A stretch of DNA of 64,000 bases from a bacterium (GTDB lineage: Bacteria > JAMCPX01), in NCBI GenBank assembly GCA_037439545.1, contig JBBIVV010000003.1, positions 26,104-90,103 on the forward strand, read 5' to 3'. Of the stretch, positions 9,996-20,594 are shown piece by piece. The translations under genes and the position numbers were made by a program. The notes under the pieces were generated by a model that was not told where the DNA came from, did no database searches, and saw nothing but the letters and a program-made list of their open reading frames with translations. How positions within the stretch are numbered: position 1 is the first letter of the stretch; every line of letters starts with the position of its first letter.

Positions 9996-10586
9996 TTACC
10001 TGTTTTCATGAGTAGCCTTTTCCAGCGGGTTAAACCCTTTCAGGAGTACTTTCAATTCTTCTCTCGCCCTTGAAATCCGTGATTTTACGGTGCCTATGGA
10101 TATGTCCATGACACCGGCAATATCTTCATAGGAAAGTCCTTCTACCTCTTTCATGACTATGACCGCCCTTAGTTTCTTCGATAATTTTCCAAGGGCCTGT
10201 TGCAGGGCAGCGGCCATTTGTCCGGACTCTGAAAGCATTTCAGGAGAAGGGCTGTCGGACGGTTCTTGCTCAACAGAGTTTTCATTATTGGGAAGGTGTC
10301 TGAATAAGGATTCTGAGACCGATCTCCGTTTATAGTCAATGCATGTATTGACTGCGATGCGGTATATCCATGTATAAAGAGAAGCATCCGGCTTGAAACT
10401 TTTCAGGTTCTGATACGCTTTGAGAAATGTGTCCTGGGCCGCATCCTGAGCATTATGATGATCGCCGAGCATACGGAAGCAGAGCCCGTAGATAGTGTCC
10501 TGATAGGCAAGGACGATCTCCTGAAAGGCGGACGTATCCCCGTTTTTGAAGCGTTCAAGGATGACAGGATCATTCAGTTTTTTCAT
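9996..10586 (-). CDS. ECF RNA polymerase sigma factor (RpoE/SigW-like)
   Basis: AQDAAQDTFLKAY, YTWIYRIAVN, GLSYEDIA...GTVKSRISRAR. Confidence 0.92.
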   Translation of the reverse strand: MKKLNDPVILERFKNGDTSAFQEIVLAYQDTIYGLCFRMLGDHHNAQDAAQDTFLKAYQNLKSFKPDASLYTWIYRIAVNTCIDYKRRSVSESLFRHLPNNENSVEQEPSDSPSPEMLSESGQMAAALQQALGKLSKKLRAVIVMKEVEGLSYEDIAGVMDISIGTVKSRISRAREELKVLLKGFNPLEKATHENR

Positions 10587-10607
10587 TCAGTTGGAATCCG
10601 GTGAAGA

Positions 10608-11735
10608 TCAGAACAGTTCTGTAACAATGCCGTCCATCACGCACATGCCTTTTACCGTAAGGCTCAATTTATTGTCCGTAATGCGGATTAAACCGTCATC
10701 CGTAAGATGCTGCAGCAGGACTCTGTTTTTTACAAGATCCGTATCGACGCCCTTCCATGTCCTGAGAGAAAGGAATATGTGCTCCAGTGTCTCTGCATCG
10801 GTGTCCAGGACTTCAACCCTGCTTATGGGGAATGCGCTGTTGCCGTCGTTGCTGATTACCTTCTCCGTATACGCTGAAGGCGGGTATGCGTTTTCATACC
10901 GTGCCTGTGCCGTCATGCCAATCCAAGGCAGTCCTGTTTTGAAAAAGCCATGAGCGCCGGAACCTATCCCGAGATAATCGCCGCGCTCCCAGTAGTTCAT
11001 GTTATGGACCGACTGAAAGCCTTTCTTTGCAAAGTTCGAGACCTCGTAATGGTCATAACCGGCATTGACCATTTCATCGTGGATACTCAAGTAGAGGTCC
11101 CCGAATGCCTCGTCGTTCAAGGGCTTGAAGATCTTGTCCATGGACAACGGGGTCCCCTGTTCTATGGTAAGGTAGTAAAATGAAACATGTTCGGGCTTGA
11201 TTTTTTTTATACCGTCGAGTTCCTTTGCAATGTCCTGAGAAGGGATGCCGAATATGATATCCACATTTATATTTTTGAATCCAGCGCTCCTCGCCTTTTC
11301 TATCGCCGCAAAGGATGAATCAGAGTCGTGGAGCCTGCCGAGTGATTTGAGCACCGTGTCATCGAAAGACTGCAGCCCGATACTGAGACGGTTAATCCCT
11401 GCTCTATACATGGTTTTCAGCTTTTCCGGTGATACGCTTTCAGGGTTGGCCTCGATGGTAATCTCGCTGCTTTCATTTATTTTCAGGGACAAACTTATTT
11501 CAGCGATGATTTGTTTTAATTGTTCCGGTTCCAGAAGTGAAGGTGTGCCCCCGCCTATATAGACGCTGCGTATCTCTCTGTTGGACAGGAACGGCCTGTA
11601 AAGCCTGAGTTCTGATTTCATGGCTTCTATATATGCATCCATATCGTTTGCAGCAGGTGCTGTTGACAGGAAGTTACAATACCTGCATTTCTTCTTACAG
11701 TAAGGTATATGTATATAAACTGAATAAGGTTCCAT
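10608..11735 (-). CDS. hemW: Radical SAM heme chaperone HemW (HemN-like)
   Basis: YIHIPYCKKKCRYCNF, GGGTPS, EANP, RLSIGLQSF, YEVSNFA, HNMNYW. Confidence 0.85.
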   Translation of the reverse strand: MEPYSVYIHIPYCKKKCRYCNFLSTAPAANDMDAYIEAMKSELRLYRPFLSNREIRSVYIGGGTPSLLEPEQLKQIIAEISLSLKINESSEITIEANPESVSPEKLKTMYRAGINRLSIGLQSFDDTVLKSLGRLHDSDSSFAAIEKARSAGFKNINVDIIFGIPSQDIAKELDGIKKIKPEHVSFYYLTIEQGTPLSMDKIFKPLNDEAFGDLYLSIHDEMVNAGYDHYEVSNFAKKGFQSVHNMNYWERGDYLGIGSGAHGFFKTGLPWIGMTAQARYENAYPPSAYTEKVISNDGNSAFPISRVEVLDTDAETLEHIFLSLRTWKGVDTDLVKNRVLLQHLTDDGLIRITDNKLSLTVKGMCVMDGIVTELF

Positions 11736-11766
11736 AAATTATTACGGTAAATATAATGTCTATAAT

Positions 11767-12642
11767 ATGAGAATGCAAGTTAAAAACAATGGTCATCCAT
11801 TGAAGTCGGCTCTGGAGGCTTTTTACGGACACTGCGGCTTGAAGCAGCATATTGCGCACGACCCCATTCAATTTCCGCACAGATATAAAAAGCCTGCTGA
11901 CAGGGAGACCGCAGGGTTCATGGCTTCGAGCCTGTCATACGGGAGGGTAGACCTCTTTATGCCGGTGCTTGAAAAGATCTTCGGGATCATGGGACGGAGT
12001 CCCTACAGGTTTGTGCTGGGCTTTGATCCGCGGAAAGACGCCCATAGGTTTTGGGAAATAAAGAAGTACAGGTTTAACACCACAAAAGATATCCTTGCGT
12101 TCCTGCATTTGTTTTCCAGAATGCTCAGGACCTACGGCACGCTCGGAGAATTTTTTGCACAAGCGTTCAGCAAGGACGACCCCGATGTGATCCATGCCCT
12201 GTCGCGGTTTGTCAAGGCGTTCTATGATGGAGATACATCGGCAGTATACGGCAGAAACATCCGTCCGCCCGGACTTCTGCAGCTTCTTCCGTCTCCGGAC
12301 AAAGGGAGCACGTGCAAGAGGGCAACGATGTTTTTAAGGTGGATGGTGCGGGCAGGGGACGGGGTTGATTTCGGCATATGGACATTCATACCCGCGGACA
12401 AACTCATTATACCGCTCGACACGCATATCGCGAGGATAGCACGGCACCTTGGCTTAACGCAGAGAAAGACTACGGACATGAAAACAGCCATAGACATAAC
12501 AAACCGCCTGAAACAATTCGATCCGGCCGATCCGGTCAAATATGATTTTGCACTCTGTCATCTCGGCATTTCCGGCAAATGCCCGGCTAAAAGATCTAAA
12601 CTCCTTTGCCTTTCATGCTCATTGAAAGACGTGTGCGTGTAA
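11767..12642 (+). CDS. TIGR02757 (DUF2400) family protein
   Basis: DPIQFPHRY, KR..MFLRWMVR, LIIPLDTH, DPVKYDFAL; Cys-rich C-terminus. Confidence 0.85.
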   Translation: MRMQVKNNGHPLKSALEAFYGHCGLKQHIAHDPIQFPHRYKKPADRETAGFMASSLSYGRVDLFMPVLEKIFGIMGRSPYRFVLGFDPRKDAHRFWEIKKYRFNTTKDILAFLHLFSRMLRTYGTLGEFFAQAFSKDDPDVIHALSRFVKAFYDGDTSAVYGRNIRPPGLLQLLPSPDKGSTCKRATMFLRWMVRAGDGVDFGIWTFIPADKLIIPLDTHIARIARHLGLTQRKTTDMKTAIDITNRLKQFDPADPVKYDFALCHLGISGKCPAKRSKLLCLSCSLKDVCV

Positions 12643-12748
12643 CCCGGACAATTTAATAGTTGCAATCATTTATAGATGTGTTACTCAACCTATAACGATA
12701 TGATTACAAACTGGATGAAAACAACCCCCCCGGCTGTGCAGAATACAC

Positions 12749-14140
12749 ATGCGTGAAGGCATAAAGCCCGGCAATGTACTCTGCCTCTATCCCTATGTGA
12801 AAGAGGTCCCTGTTTACGAGTTTTTCCCGCCCATAGGTCTCGAGTATGTGGCGACTGCAGTCAGCGACATGGTTAAGAGCATAAAGATCGTCGATTTCCG
12901 GTATGTGAAAGATCCCATGAGGTATTTTACTCCTTCCATCGATACTGCCCTGGTAAGTGTGAACTGGAATTACACGTTTGATCAGGTGTGTGCGGCAATA
13001 CGGGAGATACCGCAGCAGGTCAGGGTCATCGTGGGAGGCCGGCAGGCGACCGATTGTGTCGATGACCTGTTCAGCAGGTGCCCGAACATATCGGTGATTG
13101 TCAGGGGCGAAGGCGAGGCGACCCTGAGGGACTTATTCAGCGGAAGACCGCTGGAAGAAGTAAAGGGGATCTCCTATGTGGACGACGGAAAGATTGTTCA
13201 CAATGAATCCAGACCTTTGCCTCCTCTTAAAGAGGTGAAAAGACCCGACAGAAAACTCAGGACAACGACGTACCGGGCGACCATCAAGGGTATTGACCTT
13301 GGGTTAAGCATCGATGCCATCATGAGTTCACGGGGCTGTCCTTACAAATGTAAATTCTGTACCTTCAAGCTCAATCCTCTTGGGCAGATGCGCGGGTGGG
13401 AGGCAAGAAGTCCCGAATCGACTGTTGAAGAAATAGAAGCTATAGATGCTGACTTTGTGGCATTTGTCGATGATAATTTTACCGCTGATATGAACCGGGT
13501 CGAAAAGATCTGCGACTTAATCATTTCAAAGGGAATAAAGAAGATGTTCCTGTGTAATGTCAGGATTGACATTGCCCGCAAGCCGGCATTGGTAGAAAAG
13601 ATGAAAAAGGCCGGGTTTAAATTTTTGATGGTAGGACTGGAGTCGGCAGAGGATCGATCCCTGGTCGCACTGAAAAAAGGCTTTAAAACAGCCAAAGTGA
13701 GAGAGGCATTCAAGACCCTGTCCCGGTCAGGCATGCTCGTAAACGGATATTTCATCGTGGGGATTATCGGGGAGAGCGAACACGAGATGCTCGGGATCTC
13801 GCGGTATGCCCGGGAGATAAATCTGGACTTCATTTCCCTGAGCAGGCTCAGGTGGGAGAAATTTTCTCCCTTAGAGGACGTCGTAAAAGAGACCCCGGGG
13901 TATTACATAGGCCAGGACGGAGGGATCTACTCTCAGGAATACGGGCGGAAGGAACTGACCGTAATCCTCAAGAAGATCGATCGGGCTTTTTATACTCCCC
14001 GGCAGATTACACAAATAGTACTCAAGGCATTCAGGCTCGGGATCCTGACACCACGGCGGCTGGGAAGACTTCTCTATTACGTGCCCTACATTCTCCTGAG
14101 GACACGGGCAAGTACTCGGAGACTGAAGAAGGGCAGGTAA
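12749..14140 (+). CDS. Cobalamin-binding (class B-like) radical SAM protein
   Basis: PPIGLEYVA, VRGEGE, SRGCPYKCKFC, FVDDNF, GLES. Confidence 0.85.
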   Translation: MREGIKPGNVLCLYPYVKEVPVYEFFPPIGLEYVATAVSDMVKSIKIVDFRYVKDPMRYFTPSIDTALVSVNWNYTFDQVCAAIREIPQQVRVIVGGRQATDCVDDLFSRCPNISVIVRGEGEATLRDLFSGRPLEEVKGISYVDDGKIVHNESRPLPPLKEVKRPDRKLRTTTYRATIKGIDLGLSIDAIMSSRGCPYKCKFCTFKLNPLGQMRGWEARSPESTVEEIEAIDADFVAFVDDNFTADMNRVEKICDLIISKGIKKMFLCNVRIDIARKPALVEKMKKAGFKFLMVGLESAEDRSLVALKKGFKTAKVREAFKTLSRSGMLVNGYFIVGIIGESEHEMLGISRYAREINLDFISLSRLRWEKFSPLEDVVKETPGYYIGQDGGIYSQEYGRKELTVILKKIDRAFYTPRQITQIVLKAFRLGILTPRRLGRLLYYVPYILLRTRASTRRLKKGR

Positions 14141-14265
14141 TACCATTTACGTGCCCCCTGGCGCGTCCTTTGATTTGACCCCTGAGCTGATAATTTACCG
14201 GCTCCAGGATCCTGAACCCCCTGCAGATTCTTGACAATGTATACAAATTCGTTAAAATAAAATGT

Positions 14266-15591
14266 ATGGGAACTTCTGATTCTATTATATCCGAGTTGAT
14301 TTTGCTTCTATTCCTGGTTTTTGTAAATGCCTTTTTTGCTGCCGCTGAAATAGCCATAATTACCGTCAGGGCCAAAGGCTTGAAGAGGGAGAAGGGTAAA
14401 AGCTGGCTGTGGGACAATGTAGCGTCGTTACTGCAGGATACGCGGAGCCTGTTTTCAATCATTCAGATTATGGTGACGGTTGTCGGGTTCCTGTCGTCAG
14501 CGATTGCAGCACAATGGTATGCAGCCCCGCTTTCGAATTATCTGTCTTCCCATGTGGGTTTTTTGAGCATACGCCACTGGCAGATGCTTTCCATATTTTC
14601 TGTTACCATGATTATGTCGTATATATTTCTTGTCATTGGAGAGCTGTTCCCCAAGGCCCTTGCCGTTGAATACCCTGATAAGATTGCAGCGGTCACGGCA
14701 CCGGTCATAAACCTGATCTTAAAGCTTCTTTATCCCCTCGTAAAATTTCTTGCCCTGTCCGTGCAGGCCGTCGGCAGGATATTCGGCCTGAGCCTGAAGG
14801 GTGGCTTGTCGATAATTACCGAGGACGAGATACGGGCAATCATAGATAAAGGTACGAAAGAGGGTGTGGTGGAGCCGGATGAGCGGAAATTGATCTACTC
14901 GGTACTTGAGTTCAGCAATACCATGATAAAAGAGATAATGACGCCGAGGGTCGATGTGATAGCGATAGAAAAAGATGTGCCCACAGAAGAGGCATTAAAC
15001 AAGATGATAGAATCCGGCTATTCGAGGATGCCCGTATATGAGAATGATATGGACCATGTTGTCGGCATAGTCCACATTAAGGACCTTATCGATGCAAGAA
15101 ATAAAAGCAAACAACTGCCGAATATACTCAGAATAGCTCACTTTATACCGGATACCATGAGGCTCGATGATGCCATCAAGGAATTCAGGAAAAAGGACAT
15201 ACAGATGGCCGTTGTTTCTGACGAGTACGGCGGGGTTTCAGGTATCGTAACGATGGAAGACATACTTGAAGAGATCGTCGGGGAAATACGGGATGAGTAT
15301 GACCAGCAGGAAGAAGAACCGATACAGCATGTGCAGGGAGGTATCGTCGTGCTCGGGAGTGTCAACATCGCGGACATAAACGAAGCCCTCGGTGTCAATC
15401 TTGACGACTCGAAGGTAAGCACGATAGGAGGATTTGTGACGGGTGCCATGGGGCATTATCCGTCGGTCGGCGAGATTTATGTGGATGGGCAGGTAAAGAT
15501 ATTTATATTGAAAATAAAAGGCAGGCGGCTGGAAAAACTGAAGATTATCAAAAAGGATGAGAATGCCATAGAGGCAATGGATCGACGTTGA
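14266..15591 (+). CDS. CNNM/hemolysin-family (DUF21-CBS-CorC) membrane protein
   Basis: NAFFAAAEIA, GELFPK, IMTPR, YSRMPVY, DEYGG..GIVTMEDILEEIVGEIRDEYD. Confidence 0.92.
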   Translation: MGTSDSIISELILLLFLVFVNAFFAAAEIAIITVRAKGLKREKGKSWLWDNVASLLQDTRSLFSIIQIMVTVVGFLSSAIAAQWYAAPLSNYLSSHVGFLSIRHWQMLSIFSVTMIMSYIFLVIGELFPKALAVEYPDKIAAVTAPVINLILKLLYPLVKFLALSVQAVGRIFGLSLKGGLSIITEDEIRAIIDKGTKEGVVEPDERKLIYSVLEFSNTMIKEIMTPRVDVIAIEKDVPTEEALNKMIESGYSRMPVYENDMDHVVGIVHIKDLIDARNKSKQLPNILRIAHFIPDTMRLDDAIKEFRKKDIQMAVVSDEYGGVSGIVTMEDILEEIVGEIRDEYDQQEEEPIQHVQGGIVVLGSVNIADINEALGVNLDDSKVSTIGGFVTGAMGHYPSVGEIYVDGQVKIFILKIKGRRLEKLKIIKKDENAIEAMDRR

Positions 15592-15613
15592 TGTAAAATG
15601 CCGGGAGGGCAGT

Positions 15614-16915
15614 ATGTATGATTTTATAATTGTTGGGGGAGGGGTAGCAGGCCTCGAGCTTGGTGCGATGCTGAGCCACGACGGATATAACCTGCTTATC
15701 CTTGAACAGTCAGAGCACGCTGGCGGAAGGGCATTTGTACATTCGAAAGACGGGTTTACCCTGGATAACGGCATTCATCTCGTGAGGTTTGGGAAAAAGA
15801 GCGCCATTGCAAGAACGATGAAGCATATCGGCAGGGAGATTGAATTCGTGTCACCGGGAAATGCTTATCTTGCGGATGAAAACAATAATTTCATACTTTT
15901 CCCCACGGGCCCCGGGGGGTTTTTAAAGAGCGAGTTGTTTACGTTCTCCGAACGTATCAAAGCCCTGAAGATCATGATCAAGTTGAAGATTGGCGGTCAC
16001 CATGGGCTCGAACAATACACTGTTGAAGATTGGTTGCAAAATGAAGGGGTAGAGGGCGGGCTCAAGAGGTACTTTAAACTGGTCAGTGCTTCTATGCTCG
16101 TATGTTCAATGACATCCATTGCATCTGCGAAGGCATTTGCGGAGAATGTAGGCATGGTTTTGAAGACAGGCATATCCGTGGAATACCCGTCACACGGCTG
16201 GCAGAAAGATATCATCGGACCTCTCATCGATGAAATAAAACGGCACGGCGAGATAAGGACGGGTGCACGGGTAAGCTCGGTCATTCTTGAGAATGGTACG
16301 GCTGCAGGTGTCAGGGTAAAGGATGAAACCGTTCCTGCAAAAAATATAATCATCGATATTCCCTCTCAGGAACTGGGAACAATACTGGATATAAAAGCTA
16401 TCAAGGATGAAAGGCTGAAAACAGCTTCGAACCTTGTGCCCACGTCAGGCATATCCATAGACTATGCCGTCGAAGGCACTATAAGTGACAAGAACGGGCT
16501 TATCTATCTTGAAGACCCGGTGAGTTTTGGCTGTATCGTATCCAACCTGTCGTCAGAAATCGCCCCTGCAGGCAAGTCGCTTTTAACATGGTTCTGCCCG
16601 ATCCATTGTGAGGAGATGAAGCAGAAGGATCAGGTACGCAGGTATCAGCAAAAACTTGAAAGCAGGATAGAGTCCCTATTTCCAAGTCTTAAAAACAAGA
16701 CCCTGTTCAAACGCGTCCTCCATTTTAACATGGTAGACGGTGTCGAGCTGAATATAAACCAGCTGCAGGGTAAAAGATTAAACTATACGGTAAACGGTAT
16801 CGGGAACCTTTATTTCGTCGGTGATACAACCGCGGCACCGGGAGCAGGGGGCGACATAGCCCATGAGTCAAGTATCGGGTGTTATGAAACGATAACAGGC
16901 AAGGCAATCTTATAA
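15614..16915 (+). CDS. FAD-dependent oxidoreductase (phytoene dehydrogenase-like superfamily)
   Basis: IIVGGGVAGL Rossmann motif, GGRA...GFTLDNG, NLYFVGD. Confidence 0.78.
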   Translation: MYDFIIVGGGVAGLELGAMLSHDGYNLLILEQSEHAGGRAFVHSKDGFTLDNGIHLVRFGKKSAIARTMKHIGREIEFVSPGNAYLADENNNFILFPTGPGGFLKSELFTFSERIKALKIMIKLKIGGHHGLEQYTVEDWLQNEGVEGGLKRYFKLVSASMLVCSMTSIASAKAFAENVGMVLKTGISVEYPSHGWQKDIIGPLIDEIKRHGEIRTGARVSSVILENGTAAGVRVKDETVPAKNIIIDIPSQELGTILDIKAIKDERLKTASNLVPTSGISIDYAVEGTISDKNGLIYLEDPVSFGCIVSNLSSEIAPAGKSLLTWFCPIHCEEMKQKDQVRRYQQKLESRIESLFPSLKNKTLFKRVLHFNMVDGVELNINQLQGKRLNYTVNGIGNLYFVGDTTAAPGAGGDIAHESSIGCYETITGKAIL

Positions 16916-16932
16916 ATGACAGCGTATAAAAG

Positions 16933-18009
16933 ATGGTTGAAGCGATAAAACTTGTAGTAAGCGATCTGCATCTCGGAAGGGGAAGATTCACGTCTGAAGG
17001 CATAAGGAACCCTTATGAGGATTTCTTTTTCGATGAGAGTTTTTCCGAGTTGATAGGTTATTATACGTCCGGAACATATACCGATTATGACGTGGAACTG
17101 ATTATAAACGGAGATTTTCTCAACTTGCTTCAGGCAGATATACTAAAGGACGGGGTTACCATTGGAGAGCCTGAAAGTGTTCTTATGCTCCAGAGGATCA
17201 TAAAAGGACACCCCGTATTTTTCGATTCTCTCAGACAGTTTTTGTATGCATTAAATCATCATGTAAGCATAATTATCGGCAACCATGATCAGGGTTTACT
17301 CTGGAATGAGGTCGAAAGATTTTTGAAAAATGCCCTTTCTCCGCGCATAGAACTCTACAGCCGTTCAAAAACATTCAATGACATATACATAGAACACGGC
17401 AATAACTACGATATCCTGAACGGATTTTCTCCCATCGATTCTATAAAAAAATCTCCGGTAACGAATGAACCGGCACTCAATATACCCTGGGGCAGTTATT
17501 TCGTATTAACGTTCATCTATCCGAGAAAAAAGAACACGCCGTATCTCGACAGGATAAAGCCCCTGAGGAAATATATAAGGTGGGGGCTTTTGTTCGACAC
17601 AAGAAAAACGGTGATTACCCTGCTCCAGATGGTATGGTTCTATCTCAAAAACAGGTTCCATGCAGACCCCCACAGACGCAGGAAGTTCCGCATATCCCTC
17701 GAACATGTCATGGAATCGTTGAAGTTAGGCTCTATTACGGACATTGCTTTCTCTATATTGAAACACACGAATTACAGGATAGTAATCATGGGTCATACAC
17801 ACAAGGCACTGCATATGGAGGTGCAGGGCAAGCAATATCTTAATACGGGCACGTGGACGGATATCGTGGATATGGGTATCGATAATCCAGGCAGGCACAC
17901 GAAACTTACCTATGTACTGATCGATTACCGTGTAAACCCGGCAAGGGTAAGCCTCAGGGAATGGCACGGGAATTACAGGATAGAAAATGAAATACATGGA
18001 TGGTTGTAA
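16933..18009 (+). CDS. Calcineurin-like metallophosphoesterase
   Basis: SDLHLG, NGD, GNHD, EHG, MGHTH, YLNTGTW. Confidence 0.85.
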   Translation: MVEAIKLVVSDLHLGRGRFTSEGIRNPYEDFFFDESFSELIGYYTSGTYTDYDVELIINGDFLNLLQADILKDGVTIGEPESVLMLQRIIKGHPVFFDSLRQFLYALNHHVSIIIGNHDQGLLWNEVERFLKNALSPRIELYSRSKTFNDIYIEHGNNYDILNGFSPIDSIKKSPVTNEPALNIPWGSYFVLTFIYPRKKNTPYLDRIKPLRKYIRWGLLFDTRKTVITLLQMVWFYLKNRFHADPHRRRKFRISLEHVMESLKLGSITDIAFSILKHTNYRIVIMGHTHKALHMEVQGKQYLNTGTWTDIVDMGIDNPGRHTKLTYVLIDYRVNPARVSLREWHGNYRIENEIHGWL

Positions 18010-18086
18010 CATGGAAAGGTTGATCGAATGAACAAATTTTGCCATGGTAATTTTTCCGTTAAGCCGGTAAGTGCTCATAAGGCATC

Positions 18087-18920
18087 ATGAACTTTTTACT
18101 CGGCGCTCTATTTTTTTCGATCATTCAGGGACACGGTGTCAGTATGACGGTGGTCCCTGACCGGCTCTATCCCGGGAGTCCATTTTTAGTGAGCATGAGC
18201 GGACTTGTGTCAGGCACAGCCTACGACATTCAATTCGATAACCGCGCCCTTCGATTTACCGGCAGCGGCAAAGCAACCGTTTTACTCGGAGTCGATCTGT
18301 CCCATCCGGCAGGCATGGATCACATAAGCCTCTCTGCACAGGGTATAAGCACGCCGGTTACCTCTGCGACTATCCGGATACACCGGCATACCTATCCGGC
18401 ACAGTATCTAAAACTACCTAAAAACTATGTAGAACTTACCCCCGCGGAATTACAAAGAGCAGAGAAAGAACAGGCACAGTTGGACAGGCTCTTTGCCGTC
18501 GATACCATGCCTCCATTATGGAGCGGAGATTTTATAATGCCGCTTCGTGGCATAATAACGGCGCCGTTCGGGGGGAGGAGATTTTTGAACGGCGAACCCA
18601 GGTCTCCTCACACGGGCATAGACATAGCGGCACGTGCAGGAGCTCCTGTCGTTGCGACGAACAGGGGTATCGTGTGTTTTACCGGAAATCTGTTTTTCGG
18701 CGGTAACAGTATTATAATAGATCATGGTCAGGGCATTTATTCCATGTATTTTCATCTTGATAAGTATGCAGTGAAAAATGGGGAGCAGGTGAACAAGGGG
18801 CAGATAATAGGCTATGCCGGCAACTCAGGACGTGTGACAGGAGCAGCACTGCACTTCGGCGTACGGATCATGGACAGTAAGATTGATCCCCAGTTATTGT
18901 TCCCGCTCATACAACAGTAA
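18087..18920 (+). CDS. M23 family metallopeptidase
   Basis: HTGID (HxxxD), IDHGQG...YFHL, G.SGRVTG..LHF; N-terminal signal. Confidence 0.88.
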   Translation: MNFLLGALFFSIIQGHGVSMTVVPDRLYPGSPFLVSMSGLVSGTAYDIQFDNRALRFTGSGKATVLLGVDLSHPAGMDHISLSAQGISTPVTSATIRIHRHTYPAQYLKLPKNYVELTPAELQRAEKEQAQLDRLFAVDTMPPLWSGDFIMPLRGIITAPFGGRRFLNGEPRSPHTGIDIAARAGAPVVATNRGIVCFTGNLFFGGNSIIIDHGQGIYSMYFHLDKYAVKNGEQVNKGQIIGYAGNSGRVTGAALHFGVRIMDSKIDPQLLFPLIQQ

Positions 18921-19040
18921 TTCTTATATCGCCGCAAACTTTTTCCCCTTTTAAACAAACTCCCCTGTTTGGAAATGTAAAATCAAAATTTTATTGCTAT
19001 TCGATGTAGGAATAAGGTATAGTAATAATGGAGGTTATTG

Positions 19041-20099
19041 ATGGGAAACAAAAAGCCTTTGGAAAAAATGATGAGTGAGTACGACAAAAAACCGAGAACA
19101 TCATTGAAAATCGGTTTATGCCTCAGCGGCGGTGCCATACGGGGGCTTGCTCATGTCGGCGTTCTCCGTGTCCTTTATAACGAATTTATCCCCATTGACT
19201 TTATAACAGGCAGCAGCGCAGGATCCATTGTTGCAGGGCTGTATGCCTTGTACGGCTATCATTCAAGCTGGTCGGTCTTTGAAAAGACACTAAGAAACAG
19301 ATCCATCTTTAAAATTAAAAAAGGGAAGAATGACGAGTTCTTTGATTCAGCATATTTTAAAGTGTGGCTAAAAGCGCTTTTTGGAGATGCCACTTTTCAT
19401 GATGTGAAGATCCCTTTTGAGGTTACGGCACTCGATATCGTATCAGGCAAGACCATCTACATAAGCGAGGGATACCTCAGAGATGCGATATATGCCTCCT
19501 GTGCGGTACCGGGTGTATGGAAGCCTGCCAAAGTCGGCAGTATGCTTCTTGTCGACGGGTCGTTTGGGAATGATGCCCCTGTTGACTGGCTGAGAGGAAA
19601 AGGAGCTGACGTTATCATAGTTTCCATCGTCAACATCTACAATGAATTCCTCTACGGTACCGGTCTCTCGGTATCACGGTTATTAAAGCTCATAGCATCA
19701 AGACGCCTTCTCAATCCGTTCATTACCGCAAGCGGCAGAGGGCTTGAATACGTAACGAGGGACATGAAGGACATGGAGAAGAAACCATTGTGGAGCTTGC
19801 TGCGGACAATCGCTGTGTTCGGCAAAAATTTCGATACGCAGAAATGGGGCACTGATGCCGATGTCAAGATAGTGCCGGACATAGGGGATTTTTATTCGAG
19901 TAATCCAGGGTATTTATCCAGGAATAAGAGGACGGAATTTATAGCGGCAGGCGCTATTGCGACATGGAAGAAGATCCCCCAGTTAAAGCACATTCTTGGA
20001 GAGATAAAGTTAAAGAAGGAAATGTCAGGCTCGGCTTCCGATAAGATAAAGAAACAGATTAAGAGTGTAAAGAATTCTTTCCTGAAATTAGTCGGCTAA
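19041..20099 (+). CDS. Patatin-like phospholipase
   Basis: LSGGAIRGLAHVG, GSSAG nucleophile elbow, ASCAVPG, LVDG; GGAGG SD before ATG 19041. Confidence 0.85.
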   Translation: MGNKKPLEKMMSEYDKKPRTSLKIGLCLSGGAIRGLAHVGVLRVLYNEFIPIDFITGSSAGSIVAGLYALYGYHSSWSVFEKTLRNRSIFKIKKGKNDEFFDSAYFKVWLKALFGDATFHDVKIPFEVTALDIVSGKTIYISEGYLRDAIYASCAVPGVWKPAKVGSMLLVDGSFGNDAPVDWLRGKGADVIIVSIVNIYNEFLYGTGLSVSRLLKLIASRRLLNPFITASGRGLEYVTRDMKDMEKKPLWSLLRTIAVFGKNFDTQKWGTDADVKIVPDIGDFYSSNPGYLSRNKRTEFIAAGAIATWKKIPQLKHILGEIKLKKEMSGSASDKIKKQIKSVKNSFLKLVG

Positions 20100-20115
20100 G
20101 TTTTATCATTCCGCC

Positions 20116-20496
20116 TTAGAGGGTGTCCGGCCCCTTAGGACTTTGAGGTGCCGTATCTTCTTTTATTTCTTTCTGAGATGCCGGGACAGATGTGTTTGCT
20201 TTCTTTACCGTCTTCTTTCTCTTCCCCTTTTTCTTTGCCCCGGATTTTTTCGATACCTCGTTCAGCCTTAAATTCAGTTTTGTAATCTCGCCGTTCAGTT
20301 TTTTGATGTCTTCGAGAGAAGGCATATTCAAAATGCCGAGTGCCAGAGGCATCACGGCATCAAGTCTCGATTTTAGTTTCATCATCTGTTCAAAAGTCTT
20401 GTTTAATACGGGCTGTATCTTTTTCGACGAAAGCAGCTTGGTTGCCACTTCACTTATTGTCAAACCTTCAAAAAAATCCGATGTCTTTTTCTTCAT
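20116..20496 (-). CDS. Small basic coiled-coil protein, phasin/granule-associated-like
   Basis: GGAGGAGAGG SD before ATG 20496; 'LNMPSLEDIKKL' then a coiled coil and a Lys-rich tail. Confidence 0.5.
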   Translation of the reverse strand: MKKKTSDFFEGLTISEVATKLLSSKKIQPVLNKTFEQMMKLKSRLDAVMPLALGILNMPSLEDIKKLNGEITKLNLRLNEVSKKSGAKKKGKRKKTVKKANTSVPASQKEIKEDTAPQSPKGPDTL

Positions 20497-20594
20497 AACC
20501 TCTCCTCCTGTCCTCATCTAACCCAAACTTGCGAAGATATGTCAATTATTTTTACAATTGACACGCATAAAATACGCTATTATAGAAATCAATT

